From an uncultured Gammaproteobacteria bacterium (GTDB taxonomy: Bacteria > Patescibacteriota > Microgenomatia > UBA1406 > GWC2-37-13), in contig CAZAUL010000001.1 in assembly GCA_964488545.1 (NCBI GenBank), positions 54,955 to 118,954 of the forward strand: 64,000 nucleotides of DNA. Direction: 5' to 3'. Below the pieces are notes generated by a model that made no database searches, was not told where the DNA came from, and saw nothing but the letters and a program-made list of their open reading frames with translations. This document shows, one piece after another, positions 9,281 to 17,673 of the stretch. The number at the start of each line of letters is the position of its first letter. The first letter of the stretch is position 1. A program made the position numbers and the translations under genes.

Positions 9281-10405
9281 TTATATTATCTGGTCTATCT
9301 TTGCTGTAATTCGTAACGGCTCTTGATCCATAATTATTTCTGCATTTTTTTCATATTCCTGCTTTTGTTGAGGTTGATAATTAAGATTTACTTCTGCAAC
9401 TACAGCTTGATGTGATTGATTTTTCTGGAGATTAAGGGCGGCTAGCATAAGTGCGGGACATGTTCCTCCAAGACGGGCTGTAATATCCGTGATACCTTCA
9501 AGAGGATTTCCATTTTGATCTACGCCAATAAGCATATCATAGCTTAAACGGGATGCTAGTATTGGAGTTGTGGATCTATAGAGTAAATCAAAGGCTGCAG
9601 TTTTTTCGACTGTAGTAGCGTGGAGACCAACAGGCGAAAATTGGCGTGATACAATATCATGCAATTCATCAAAACCACCACGTACCACATGTACATTTTG
9701 AGCACCTAAATAGATATCTCGCCCATCTGGACCTCTTCCGTTTTTTTGGTCAGCAACGAAACTATACTTGTCTCTCCCGAGAAAAAATGTACCAACAGAA
9801 ATAGTTTTCTTTGGACCAGTAACATTCTGCTCAATCACAAGTCCATCTTTACTGATAGAACTCTCGCTATGGTGTGTTAACAAATATGCCAAATGTTCTT
9901 TGTTTTCAAGAGCCGCCTGACCCTCACCGTCAGAATCGTTCGTTGTTTTAAGTCGATAAGAAAAAGGCTTATGATGACGCAGATTATCGTCATAATAGTT
10001 AATGGCATCCTTCGCACTAAAAATCGTGACGCCCGGTAATACTAATCCTATTTCTTGCGCTTTTAATGCCATCAGATATATTTGTTCATCATAAAAACTT
10101 GGATATATATCTCCAATCGCGGGATGAAGCACAGCTTTACCTACATATGACATCTCTGGCGTCATACCACCATAAAAATCTTCAACTGTTGTGATTAAAA
10201 ATTTTCCACGGTCATGTCCACTTAAAGTTATGCCTGGAACTATGTAGGTTTTATTATGAGGGAATTTCATGAGCGGTTCAGGGTTGTAAGAAAATCCTTG
10301 ATAACGAGCAATCTTTTCCGCAATTGTTCCATTTCTTTCTTTTACGAAGGTAAATCTGGTTGAAAGTGGATCCATGTTTCCAAGATACGTGCGCACTTCT
10401 GTCAT
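9281..10405 (-). CDS. Conserved hypothetical protein, possible ATP-grasp fold
   Basis: 374 aa, tightly packed between trpB and trpS. RLKTTNDSDGEGQ, LVIEQNV and ITDITARLGG loosely resemble ATP-grasp P-loop, hinge and Mg-site motifs. The functional call is weak. Confidence 0.5.
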   Translation of the reverse strand: MTEVRTYLGNMDPLSTRFTFVKERNGTIAEKIARYQGFSYNPEPLMKFPHNKTYIVPGITLSGHDRGKFLITTVEDFYGGMTPEMSYVGKAVLHPAIGDIYPSFYDEQIYLMALKAQEIGLVLPGVTIFSAKDAINYYDDNLRHHKPFSYRLKTTNDSDGEGQAALENKEHLAYLLTHHSESSISKDGLVIEQNVTGPKKTISVGTFFLGRDKYSFVADQKNGRGPDGRDIYLGAQNVHVVRGGFDELHDIVSRQFSPVGLHATTVEKTAAFDLLYRSTTPILASRLSYDMLIGVDQNGNPLEGITDITARLGGTCPALMLAALNLQKNQSHQAVVAEVNLNYQPQQKQEYEKNAEIIMDQEPLRITAKIDQII

Positions 10406-10406
10406 A

Positions 10407-11597
10407 TTATTTCTTTTCTAAAAATGTTTTATATACATACTCTACGTCTTTATCTCCTCGGCCGGAGAGATTAACTACAACCACTTCGTTTTTATGTAGT
10501 TGTTTTGCAAGTTTTATTCCATGTGCAACAGCGTGTGCTGATTCAAGAGCGGGGATTATCCCTTCAGTACGGGACAAAAGAGAAAACGCATCAACTGCCT
10601 CTGCATCTGATGCTGTTGCGAGAAACACTCTCCCTGTTTCAGCAAGATACGCAATTTCAGGTCCAACTCCCGGGTAATCGAGCCCCGATGCAGCGCTATA
10701 TGATGTTGCTATTGATCCATCTGGATGTACTAAGACGCGCGTTTTATAACCATGAATTGTTGATGGTTTACCTTTGCCTAGAGCCAAACCATGCATATCC
10801 GTGTCTATCCCTTTCCCTGCAGGTTCGACTGCAACAAGATGTACATTCGGATCATCAATAAACGAGTAAAACGCGCCAAGTGCATTACTTCCGCCTCCAA
10901 CGCAAGCTACTATGGAATGGGGGAGTTGACCTTCTACAAGCATTATTTGAGATTTGATTTCTTCACCGATTATTTTTTGGAAATCACGAACCATTGTTGG
11001 ATACGGATGTGGTCCTACAGTAGAACCCAAAAGATAAAAAGATTCAGGCTCTTTAATATACGCGCTTAATGCCATATCCACTGCATCTTTGAGTGTCTTT
11101 TGACCTGTGGTGACTGGGATAACACGTGCACCTAATATTTTCATACGGAACACATTTGGCCTTTCATTTTTTATGTCACGTTCACCCATGTATATGTCAC
11201 AACCCATTCCAAAATAAGCGGCTACTGTTGCTGTTGCAACTCCATGTTGGCCGGCTCCCGTTTCGGCAATAAGTTTTTTCTTACCCATACGCATTGCAAT
11301 AAGTGCTTGACCTAATGCATTGTTTATTTTGTGAGCGCCAGTATGATTGAGATCTTCACGCTTGAGATACATCTTTGCTCCCTGTGCGTAGCGAGTGAGG
11401 TTTTTTGCAAAAAATAGGCGACTAGGTCTTCCTGCAAAGTCTCTATACAACCTTTTTAAATCGTTTTGAAACGATATGTCTTTGATTGCATCGTAATAAG
11501 CAATTGTTAGTTTGTGAAGGGACTTTTCAAGTTGGGGCGGAACATAAGAACCACCAAAAGGACCAAAAAATCCGTTTTTATCTGGCTGTTTATACAT
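10407..11597 (-). CDS. trpB: Tryptophan synthase beta chain (TrpB1-type); no trpA adjacent
   Basis: FGPFGGSYVPPQL, LKREDLNHTGAHKINN (PLP lysine), GAGQHGVATA and GGGSNALG. Confidence 0.95.
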   Translation of the reverse strand: MYKQPDKNGFFGPFGGSYVPPQLEKSLHKLTIAYYDAIKDISFQNDLKRLYRDFAGRPSRLFFAKNLTRYAQGAKMYLKREDLNHTGAHKINNALGQALIAMRMGKKKLIAETGAGQHGVATATVAAYFGMGCDIYMGERDIKNERPNVFRMKILGARVIPVTTGQKTLKDAVDMALSAYIKEPESFYLLGSTVGPHPYPTMVRDFQKIIGEEIKSQIMLVEGQLPHSIVACVGGGSNALGAFYSFIDDPNVHLVAVEPAGKGIDTDMHGLALGKGKPSTIHGYKTRVLVHPDGSIATSYSAASGLDYPGVGPEIAYLAETGRVFLATASDAEAVDAFSLLSRTEGIIPALESAHAVAHGIKLAKQLHKNEVVVVNLSGRGDKDVEYVYKTFLEKK

Positions 11598-11655
11598 ATA
11601 AAAAAGTTAAAAAATAATAAATGAAAATTGGTTATATGAAGAAATTAAAGTAGGC

Positions 11656-11928
11656 TTATCGCCACGAAGAAGATGGGGTTACCGATTTAAATCGGCCTTG
11701 TGCAATTTCCTTTGAACCGCGAGTTACTGTTGCTATACCCACACCAAGTTTTTCAGCGATGGAGTGTTGAGGAATACCTTTTTTAAGCATTTTTACGATT
11801 TGAAGGCGGATTGGTATCTCATCGAGTTCCTTCGGTGTAAGTATGCCCTTTAGAAATTCCTCTATCTCTGTATGTGTTTTGCACAATGAAAGTTCAGCAA
11901 CGAACTCACCAATAAATTTCCTATTCAT
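11656..11928 (-). CDS. trpR: Trp repressor (TrpR) homologue
   Basis: LTPKELDEIPIRLQIVKMLKKGIPQHSIAEKLGVGIATVTRGSKE aligns with E. coli TrpR [46 protein letters not shown]. Confidence 0.85.
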   Translation of the reverse strand: MNRKFIGEFVAELSLCKTHTEIEEFLKGILTPKELDEIPIRLQIVKMLKKGIPQHSIAEKLGVGIATVTRGSKEIAQGRFKSVTPSSSWR

Positions 11929-11930
11929 GC

Positions 11931-11964
11931 GTACTAGTATACTAGTACACTATTATTTTGTCAA
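11931..11964 (-). promoter_or_regulatory. Sigma70-type promoter (TTGACA-17-TATACT) with an embedded 18-bp trp-operator-like palindrome GTACTAGTATACTAGTAC
   Basis: The minus strand reads TTGACA AAATAATAGTGTACTAG TATACT AGTACGC ATG. The palindrome at 11931..11948 is perfect and matches the idealised E. coli trp operator at 16 of 18 positions. Confidence 0.7.
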
Positions 11965-12565
11965 CAAGATTTTGCTTGTAAGAAATACACTTAAATGCGT
12001 ATTTGTTTTCGATAGTTTCACATGGTTGACCTTGTATCATATTGGATGGGGCATCGTTCTTAATATAGTATAAAAGAAATGAGACGGGATATTTGTTCAT
12101 GAGTGTTTTTAAATTCGGATTATCTTTAAGGTTTCCAAGTTCATATTTAAAATTATCCATTTTTTTGATTTCATTACCTGTTAATGATCCGACAACTATA
12201 TTTCTTTGTATCAAATCCGGAGTTTGGTAATAGGTTGCAATCCCGATTTTTGAATCATCTTTTGCCAAGTCTTTTACTGTTTCAAAAAGTGTCGCATCAT
12301 TTCCACGCATCTCAAAAGTTAGCTTATTATCTAATTGCACTGGATAGAGACACATCGAATGTACTTCCGCATAGCACATAGGAGATCGAAGATTTATTTT
12401 ATTTGCTGGTAAACCAGCGGGTTCGGCCGCTTTGCTGTTTGTCGCTTGATTGCTTTGTAGTGTCCAGAAATTAAATAGCAACATACCGGCAATTAGGATA
12501 ATCCCCAATCCTATATATGTGGTTTTTTTTGAAATACAAACTCTTGATTGTTCCATAAAATCCAT
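11942..12565 (-). CDS. Hypothetical membrane-anchored/secreted protein
   Basis: 207 aa with an N-terminal hydrophobic helix (TYIGLGIILIAGMLLFNFW). No recognisable domain. Its stop codon lies inside the trp operator. Confidence 0.55.
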   Translation of the reverse strand: MDFMEQSRVCISKKTTYIGLGIILIAGMLLFNFWTLQSNQATNSKAAEPAGLPANKINLRSPMCYAEVHSMCLYPVQLDNKLTFEMRGNDATLFETVKDLAKDDSKIGIATYYQTPDLIQRNIVVGSLTGNEIKKMDNFKYELGNLKDNPNLKTLMNKYPVSFLLYYIKNDAPSNMIQGQPCETIENKYAFKCISYKQNLVDKIIVY

Positions 12566-12597
12566 TGTTGCATAAGTAAGAGATCAAGTCAAGCTAT

Positions 12598-13365
12598 ATG
12601 TTATTATGTGACTATATGACTCAAAAAAAAGTAACTCGGTTTGATCTTGAAAAGCATCTTGCAGAGGAACATAAAATGTCTGGATTTTCGACGTACCTAA
12701 GAGAAATAGTGTATGGAGGTAACGACGGAATAATTACAACATTTGCAGTCGTTGCAGGGTTTGCAGGTGCTCATGCGCAAGGGAATGGAACAATTCCATT
12801 ACTTGCAGTGTTACTTTTTGGTTTCGCAAATTTATTTGCCGATGGCGCATCAATGGCGCTTGGTAATTTTTTATCTACTCGTTCAGAACAAGATGTATAT
12901 GCGGGTATAAAAGCAAAGGAAATGCATGAAATTGATCATAATCCAGAGATTGAAAAAGAAGAGTCGATAGAAATTCTCATTCGTCGCGGTTTTACTGTAA
13001 AACAAGCTGAGCAGCTGGTTGCAATTTATATGACAAATAAATCTTACTGGACAAGTTTCATGATGAACGAAGAACTTGAACTTCCCAATCCAGAAGGAGA
13101 AAAGCCCGCCCATATGGCGCTCGCAACTTTTTTCTCTTTTGTCATTTTTGGATGCATTCCACTTCTTCCATACCTGTTTTTTATGGGTCATCCATCACTG
13201 TTTACCATGTCAGTCGTTTCAACGGGAGTCGCTATGTTATTGCTTGGCATACTTCGCTGGAGGGTCACAATGCAAAGTGTGTGGAGAAGTATCGGCGAAA
13301 ATCTTGCTCTTGGGATTGCGGCCGCATCAATAGCCTATTTGGTTGGGACAATGTTTAGAGTCTAA
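12598..13365 (+). CDS. VIT1/CCC1-family iron/manganese transporter
   Basis: YGGNDGIITTFAVVAGFAG motif and C-terminal TM helices. An alternative start lies at 12616. Confidence 0.85.
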   Translation: MLLCDYMTQKKVTRFDLEKHLAEEHKMSGFSTYLREIVYGGNDGIITTFAVVAGFAGAHAQGNGTIPLLAVLLFGFANLFADGASMALGNFLSTRSEQDVYAGIKAKEMHEIDHNPEIEKEESIEILIRRGFTVKQAEQLVAIYMTNKSYWTSFMMNEELELPNPEGEKPAHMALATFFSFVIFGCIPLLPYLFFMGHPSLFTMSVVSTGVAMLLLGILRWRVTMQSVWRSIGENLALGIAAASIAYLVGTMFRV

Positions 13366-15571
13366 CAATAGTATACGGATCCTTGTCGTGATTACAGTCT
13401 ACACAGTAAATTGAAAACATATCTTTGATTATTGTTTTTTCCCTGTGTTCAACATTGGTGTCAGTTGGACTGGCAAGTTTATCCGTATCTTTATTGATAG
13501 GTACCGACTGGCGTACTGACCCGCCACCTTGAGGCTCGGTACCCTTGATGAAAAATTCATAACGAGCAGGGCAACTCTCAGCACCTCCATCATCTTTTGT
13601 CATTGCGGTACCGCTGTCATTGCAAATTTGTTTTCCAATCACTGTATCAGGTTTTACCGGCCACACATCGGGCTGTTCGGCGAGAACGTATCGCATTATC
13701 TTATTCCATATTGGTGCTGCGCCGGTAACCCCTGAGGCAAGCGCAGGGTTCATGGGTGAGTTGTCATTATTTCCAACCCATACAGCGGTGAGAAAGTTTG
13801 GCGTGTAGCCAATGGTCCAGTTGTCTTTTTTATCATCAGTTGTTCCTGTTTTGACTGACACAGTCTTGCGAGGGACGATAAGGAATGAGCTGTCACCGAA
13901 TGCTGAAACTCGTGCGTTGTTGTCGAGCAAAATATGCGAAATAATGTATGATGCTTCACGAGACAGTACACGTTTACCAGGGATTGCAAGTGCTGACGGT
14001 GCAGAAATGGGCTTAGCAATATCCTTAACGAGATTGGCATCTTGAAATTCGTAAAGAACTTTGCCCGTTCTGTCCTCGATTTTCAAAATAGAGTTGAGTT
14101 TTCGTGGAATACCCTGGTTGGCGAGTGCCGAAAAGGCCTGTGCCATCTCGGTCATTCGAACTTCACCACCGCCAAGAGTCAGTGACAAGCCGTATCGTTT
14201 TGGATCGTCAAATGATGTAATCGTTAATGCAGATGCAGATGCAATAAATTCTTTTACACCGTTTACTGCAAGCATTTTTACTGCGGGAATGTTATACGAA
14301 TTTCCCAGAGCGAACCGAAGTTGCGTTGGTCCATGAAACTGACCATCATAGTTAACTGGACAGTATGATCCTGGCTGGCCTTCTGCTGTAAAACAGGTTG
14401 GAATATCTAAAAAAACAGTGCCAGCAGTAACTTTTTTTAAATCTATACCGACGGCAAAGTTAAGTGGTTTAATTGAACTTCCGGGCTGTCGGAGAGCGGT
14501 GGTAACATTAAACGCGCCTGAGCCAGTAGCAAAGTAGTCGACTGACCCAACCATTGCAATCACCTCTCCTGTGGGTGGTCTCGTAACAAGTGCCGCACCG
14601 TTGTTTACATTGAGGTACTCTATATCCTCAAGCTCCTCGCGGACAATTTTTTCCGCCTCTTCTTGCACTGTGAGATCAAGCGTGGTGGTAACTTTCAAAC
14701 CACCTTGTTCAACCAGGTCTGCCCCAAATTGCTTTTCTAAAAGTTGCTTTACATAAAATACAAAATGCGGCGCTTTTACTATCGTTCGGAGTGGAATAAC
14801 AGCGATGGGTTTTTTAAGAAGTTCATCCTTTTGTTTTGAAGAGATATATGACTGCTCAGCCATTGCTTTCAGTACCTCATTGCGGCGCTTTACAGCAAGA
14901 TCAGGATTGATATATGGCGAATAGAGTGATGGTGCCTGGGGTAGTCCTGCTAAAAATGCGGCTTCATCTATAGTTAACTCTTTTGCATGTTTTCCAAAGA
15001 ACGTTTTTGATGCTTCCTCAATACCATATGCTGAGCCACCGTATGGCACTTGATTGAGATACATTTCAAGGATTTCTTCTTTTGTAAACTGCTGTTCCAC
15101 TTGAACTGCCAATATGATTTCACGTACTTTTCTCCGAATTGTTCGTTCAGGACTCAATAGTGCGTTTTTAACAAGTTGCTGAGTAAGGGTTGATCCTCCT
15201 TGTAAATTTTGGCGGAGTAGTGTGTCCTTCATTGCTCGCAGAATGCCCGATACTAATGAAACACCTTTATGTTTGTAAAAATCTTTGTCTTCAATTGCTA
15301 TTACTGCCTGATATACGTGCGGTTTTAAATCTTTAAGGTATATTTGAGTTCTGTTTTGATCACGGTATATCTCATAGAGCAGCTTGCCGTTTCGATCATA
15401 CATGTGTGTTGAAAGCGGGACTGTTTTATTATCACGTAGGGAAGATGCGGCTGGCAGGTCTTTAAAAATAAAAAAGTAAATGACAGCAGAAATGAGAACT
15501 ACTGATAAAATTAAACCTCCAATGCTTAATGCCAACAGGTGATCTTTGATAAAGGCAACTACTTTATTCAT
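13355..15571 (-). CDS. Class A penicillin-binding protein (transglycosylase/transpeptidase, PBP1A)
   Basis: GT51 motifs AIEDKDFYKHKGV and GGSTLTQQL, and the transpeptidase motif SSIKP. Confidence 0.9.
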   Translation of the reverse strand: MNKVVAFIKDHLLALSIGGLILSVVLISAVIYFFIFKDLPAASSLRDNKTVPLSTHMYDRNGKLLYEIYRDQNRTQIYLKDLKPHVYQAVIAIEDKDFYKHKGVSLVSGILRAMKDTLLRQNLQGGSTLTQQLVKNALLSPERTIRRKVREIILAVQVEQQFTKEEILEMYLNQVPYGGSAYGIEEASKTFFGKHAKELTIDEAAFLAGLPQAPSLYSPYINPDLAVKRRNEVLKAMAEQSYISSKQKDELLKKPIAVIPLRTIVKAPHFVFYVKQLLEKQFGADLVEQGGLKVTTTLDLTVQEEAEKIVREELEDIEYLNVNNGAALVTRPPTGEVIAMVGSVDYFATGSGAFNVTTALRQPGSSIKPLNFAVGIDLKKVTAGTVFLDIPTCFTAEGQPGSYCPVNYDGQFHGPTQLRFALGNSYNIPAVKMLAVNGVKEFIASASALTITSFDDPKRYGLSLTLGGGEVRMTEMAQAFSALANQGIPRKLNSILKIEDRTGKVLYEFQDANLVKDIAKPISAPSALAIPGKRVLSREASYIISHILLDNNARVSAFGDSSFLIVPRKTVSVKTGTTDDKKDNWTIGYTPNFLTAVWVGNNDNSPMNPALASGVTGAAPIWNKIMRYVLAEQPDVWPVKPDTVIGKQICNDSGTAMTKDDGGAESCPARYEFFIKGTEPQGGGSVRQSVPINKDTDKLASPTDTNVEHREKTIIKDMFSIYCVDCNHDKDPYTIVRL

Positions 15572-16986
15572 ATACTAATTCGTGGAAATAGCGGTGGAAT
15601 TTTCTGAATGGTGCCCGAGGTATACTGCATGATCTTTTCGCTAATGGTTGGCATAAACGGCGAAAGACGAATGCCAACTGCATGTAGTATATGTATTGCA
15701 TTTGTGAGAAATGTATGGCGTTCTTCAGGAGTTTTGCTCCATGGTTCGAATGTATTAATTTCCTTATTAAGATCTTTAATTGTGCTCCAGATAGAGCCTA
15801 ATACTTGACCAAAGGCAAACGATTCTATTTGTCGAAGATCTTCTATGGGTGATTGCGATGTAGTTTGTGTAACTGAAATTCCATCTTTAGCGGCAAGGGT
15901 AGTAATACGAGACACACAGTTCCCCAGTTCATTTGCGAGGTCTGCATTGTACACCTCTTTCATACGGGACTCAGAATAGTCGCCATCATCAAGACTCGGG
16001 ATTTCACGAAGCAAATAGTAGCGTACTGCATCTGTGCCATATGTATTTACAATCATATAAGGATTTACCACATTACCAAGGCTTTTACTCATTTTTTGAC
16101 CATTTGAGGTAATGAATCCGTGTATGATGATTTGATCGGAAAGGGGTAGTTTTGCCGACATGAGCATTGCTTGCCACATTGCCGACTGCTGTCTGAGGTT
16201 GTCTTTACCGGCCACCTGTTTTCCGGGCCAATAGGCGGCAAACTGTTCACTCTGTGTTGGCCAGCCCAAGGTTGAGATATAGTTTATAAGCGCATCAAAC
16301 CACACATACATTACGTGGTCTGAGTCTTCTGGGACAGGTATTCCCCAGGGCATCTTCTTTTTCAACCGAGATACACTAAAGTCCTGAAGCCCCCCCTCAA
16401 CAAAGTGAATAATTTCCCGCATTTTTTCGGTCGGGACTACAAAATGAGGGTTTTTCCTGTATAGTTCAAGAAGTGGCTTTTGATACTTTGAGAATTTAAA
16501 AAAGTAGTTTTCTTCGTTGCGAAGTTCAATAGCAGTTTTAGGATGGATGGGGCACTTGTCATCCTCAAGTTCGGAGTCTGTTTTTTCTAGTTCACACCCA
16601 ACACAATATTTTGTTTGATAGTTTTTTTTGTATATGTCGTCGTTGTTTTTGCACCGAGTCCAAAACTCTTGTGCGGCACTTATGTGTGCCTTGTCAGTTG
16701 TGCGGATAAAGTGCGTATAGCTTAGATTGAGCGCATCGCGTAGTTTGCTGAACTTTTCTGCATACTCATCACAGTAAGCTTTTGGATCTTTATTTTGTTC
16801 AACTGCTTTTTCATAAATTTTTTGTCCATGTTCATCAGTTCCCGTATTAAATACTACGGTTGCTCCGTGCATGCGCCAAGCGCGTGCAAGGACATCCGCT
16901 TGGACTATTTCAAGGGCAAATCCAATATGCGGTTCCGCATTCACATAAGGGAGAGTGGTGGTGATATATTTTTTGGTTTGAGACAT
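15568..16986 (-). CDS. metG: Methionine--tRNA ligase (short form, no C-terminal tRNA-binding domain)
   Basis: PYVNAEPHIGFALE (HIGH-like), a CVGCE...CPIHP zinc knuckle, and KMSKSLGN. Confidence 0.95.
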   Translation of the reverse strand: MSQTKKYITTTLPYVNAEPHIGFALEIVQADVLARAWRMHGATVVFNTGTDEHGQKIYEKAVEQNKDPKAYCDEYAEKFSKLRDALNLSYTHFIRTTDKAHISAAQEFWTRCKNNDDIYKKNYQTKYCVGCELEKTDSELEDDKCPIHPKTAIELRNEENYFFKFSKYQKPLLELYRKNPHFVVPTEKMREIIHFVEGGLQDFSVSRLKKKMPWGIPVPEDSDHVMYVWFDALINYISTLGWPTQSEQFAAYWPGKQVAGKDNLRQQSAMWQAMLMSAKLPLSDQIIIHGFITSNGQKMSKSLGNVVNPYMIVNTYGTDAVRYYLLREIPSLDDGDYSESRMKEVYNADLANELGNCVSRITTLAAKDGISVTQTTSQSPIEDLRQIESFAFGQVLGSIWSTIKDLNKEINTFEPWSKTPEERHTFLTNAIHILHAVGIRLSPFMPTISEKIMQYTSGTIQKIPPLFPRISI

Positions 16987-17004
16987 GTGAACTCTATTAT
17001 AGCA

Positions 17005-17286
17005 CTAAAGAAGTTGGGCAATAAGTGCCCCAATTGCCAAAATAAGCACTGTATTTATATAAGAAAAACCCAAAAAAGCAGAAATACTCATAAATAAAAC
17101 TGCGGTTATCATAACCGTAAATGCGGTTTTGTGGGAAAACTTGAGTCGTACCGAGAAATAAACCGCACCCGAGGTTATCATTATAAATAGTGCGATAAGC
17201 CAGGCAGACGAGGGTGGAAATGTGAAGAAAATAAATAGAGCACTTGACCACAAAACAAGCGGGAGAAAAAGATATTGCAACTTCAT
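17005..17286 (-). CDS. Small hydrophobic membrane protein (hypothetical)
   Basis: Three predicted TM helices. An internal ATG at 17286 was chosen because the longer ORF would overlap the rpsO start. Confidence 0.45.
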   Translation of the reverse strand: MKLQYLFLPLVLWSSALFIFFTFPPSSAWLIALFIMITSGAVYFSVRLKFSHKTAFTVMITAVLFMSISAFLGFSYINTVLILAIGALIAQLL

Positions 17287-17303
17287 GCTTTGTCCATTAT
17301 AAT
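17275..17303 (+). promoter_or_regulatory. Candidate rpsO promoter TTGCAA-17-TATAAT, 8 nt from the ATG
   Basis: Hexamers and spacer were read directly from the sequence. Confidence 0.5.
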
Positions 17304-17311
17304 GTATTCTT

Positions 17312-17581
17312 ATGAAAAAATTACCGGACGATAAACAGAAGCTTATCGAAATGTTTGCCCAAAAAGATGGCGACACAGGCTCACCTGAAGTTCAATCCGC
17401 ACTTCTTACGTTCAAAATTTTACGCCTTACAGAGCACCTTAACGAAAACAATAAAGACAACCATTCACGAAGAGGGTTGTTAAAGGTGATTGCCAAGAGA
17501 CGGAGAATTCTAAACTATTTGCAGAAATTAGACGAGAAACGGTACAAAAAACTTATTGATCAGCTTGGACTGAAGAAATAA
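17312..17581 (+). CDS. rpsO: 30S ribosomal protein S15
   Basis: 89 aa. GDTGSPEVQSALLT...LTEHL...KDNHSRRGLL is the S15 signature. Confidence 0.95.
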   Translation: MKKLPDDKQKLIEMFAQKDGDTGSPEVQSALLTFKILRLTEHLNENNKDNHSRRGLLKVIAKRRRILNYLQKLDEKRYKKLIDQLGLKK

Positions 17582-17623
17582 TACTCCGTAATTTTACATT
17601 TTTATTAATCATTTTTTAATGAT

Positions 17624-17655
17624 GAGGGTATAAAGAACAAAACCCTCTTTATTTC
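17624..17655 (+). terminator. Hairpin GAGGGT-12 nt-ACCCTC followed by a T-rich tract, between rpsO and pnp (attenuator or processing site)
   Basis: Stem 17624..17629 pairs with 17642..17647, followed by TTTATTTCTT. E. coli has an rpsO-pnp intergenic hairpin by analogy. Confidence 0.4.
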
Positions 17656-17673
17656 TTAATTAATTTATATTCT

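Noticed and set aside
17287-17376. The longer 123-aa version of the small membrane protein, which overlaps the rpsO start and promoter.
   Set aside because: The extension would overlap rpsO by 65 nt on the opposite strand. The internal ATG at 17286 gives a compact three-TM protein.
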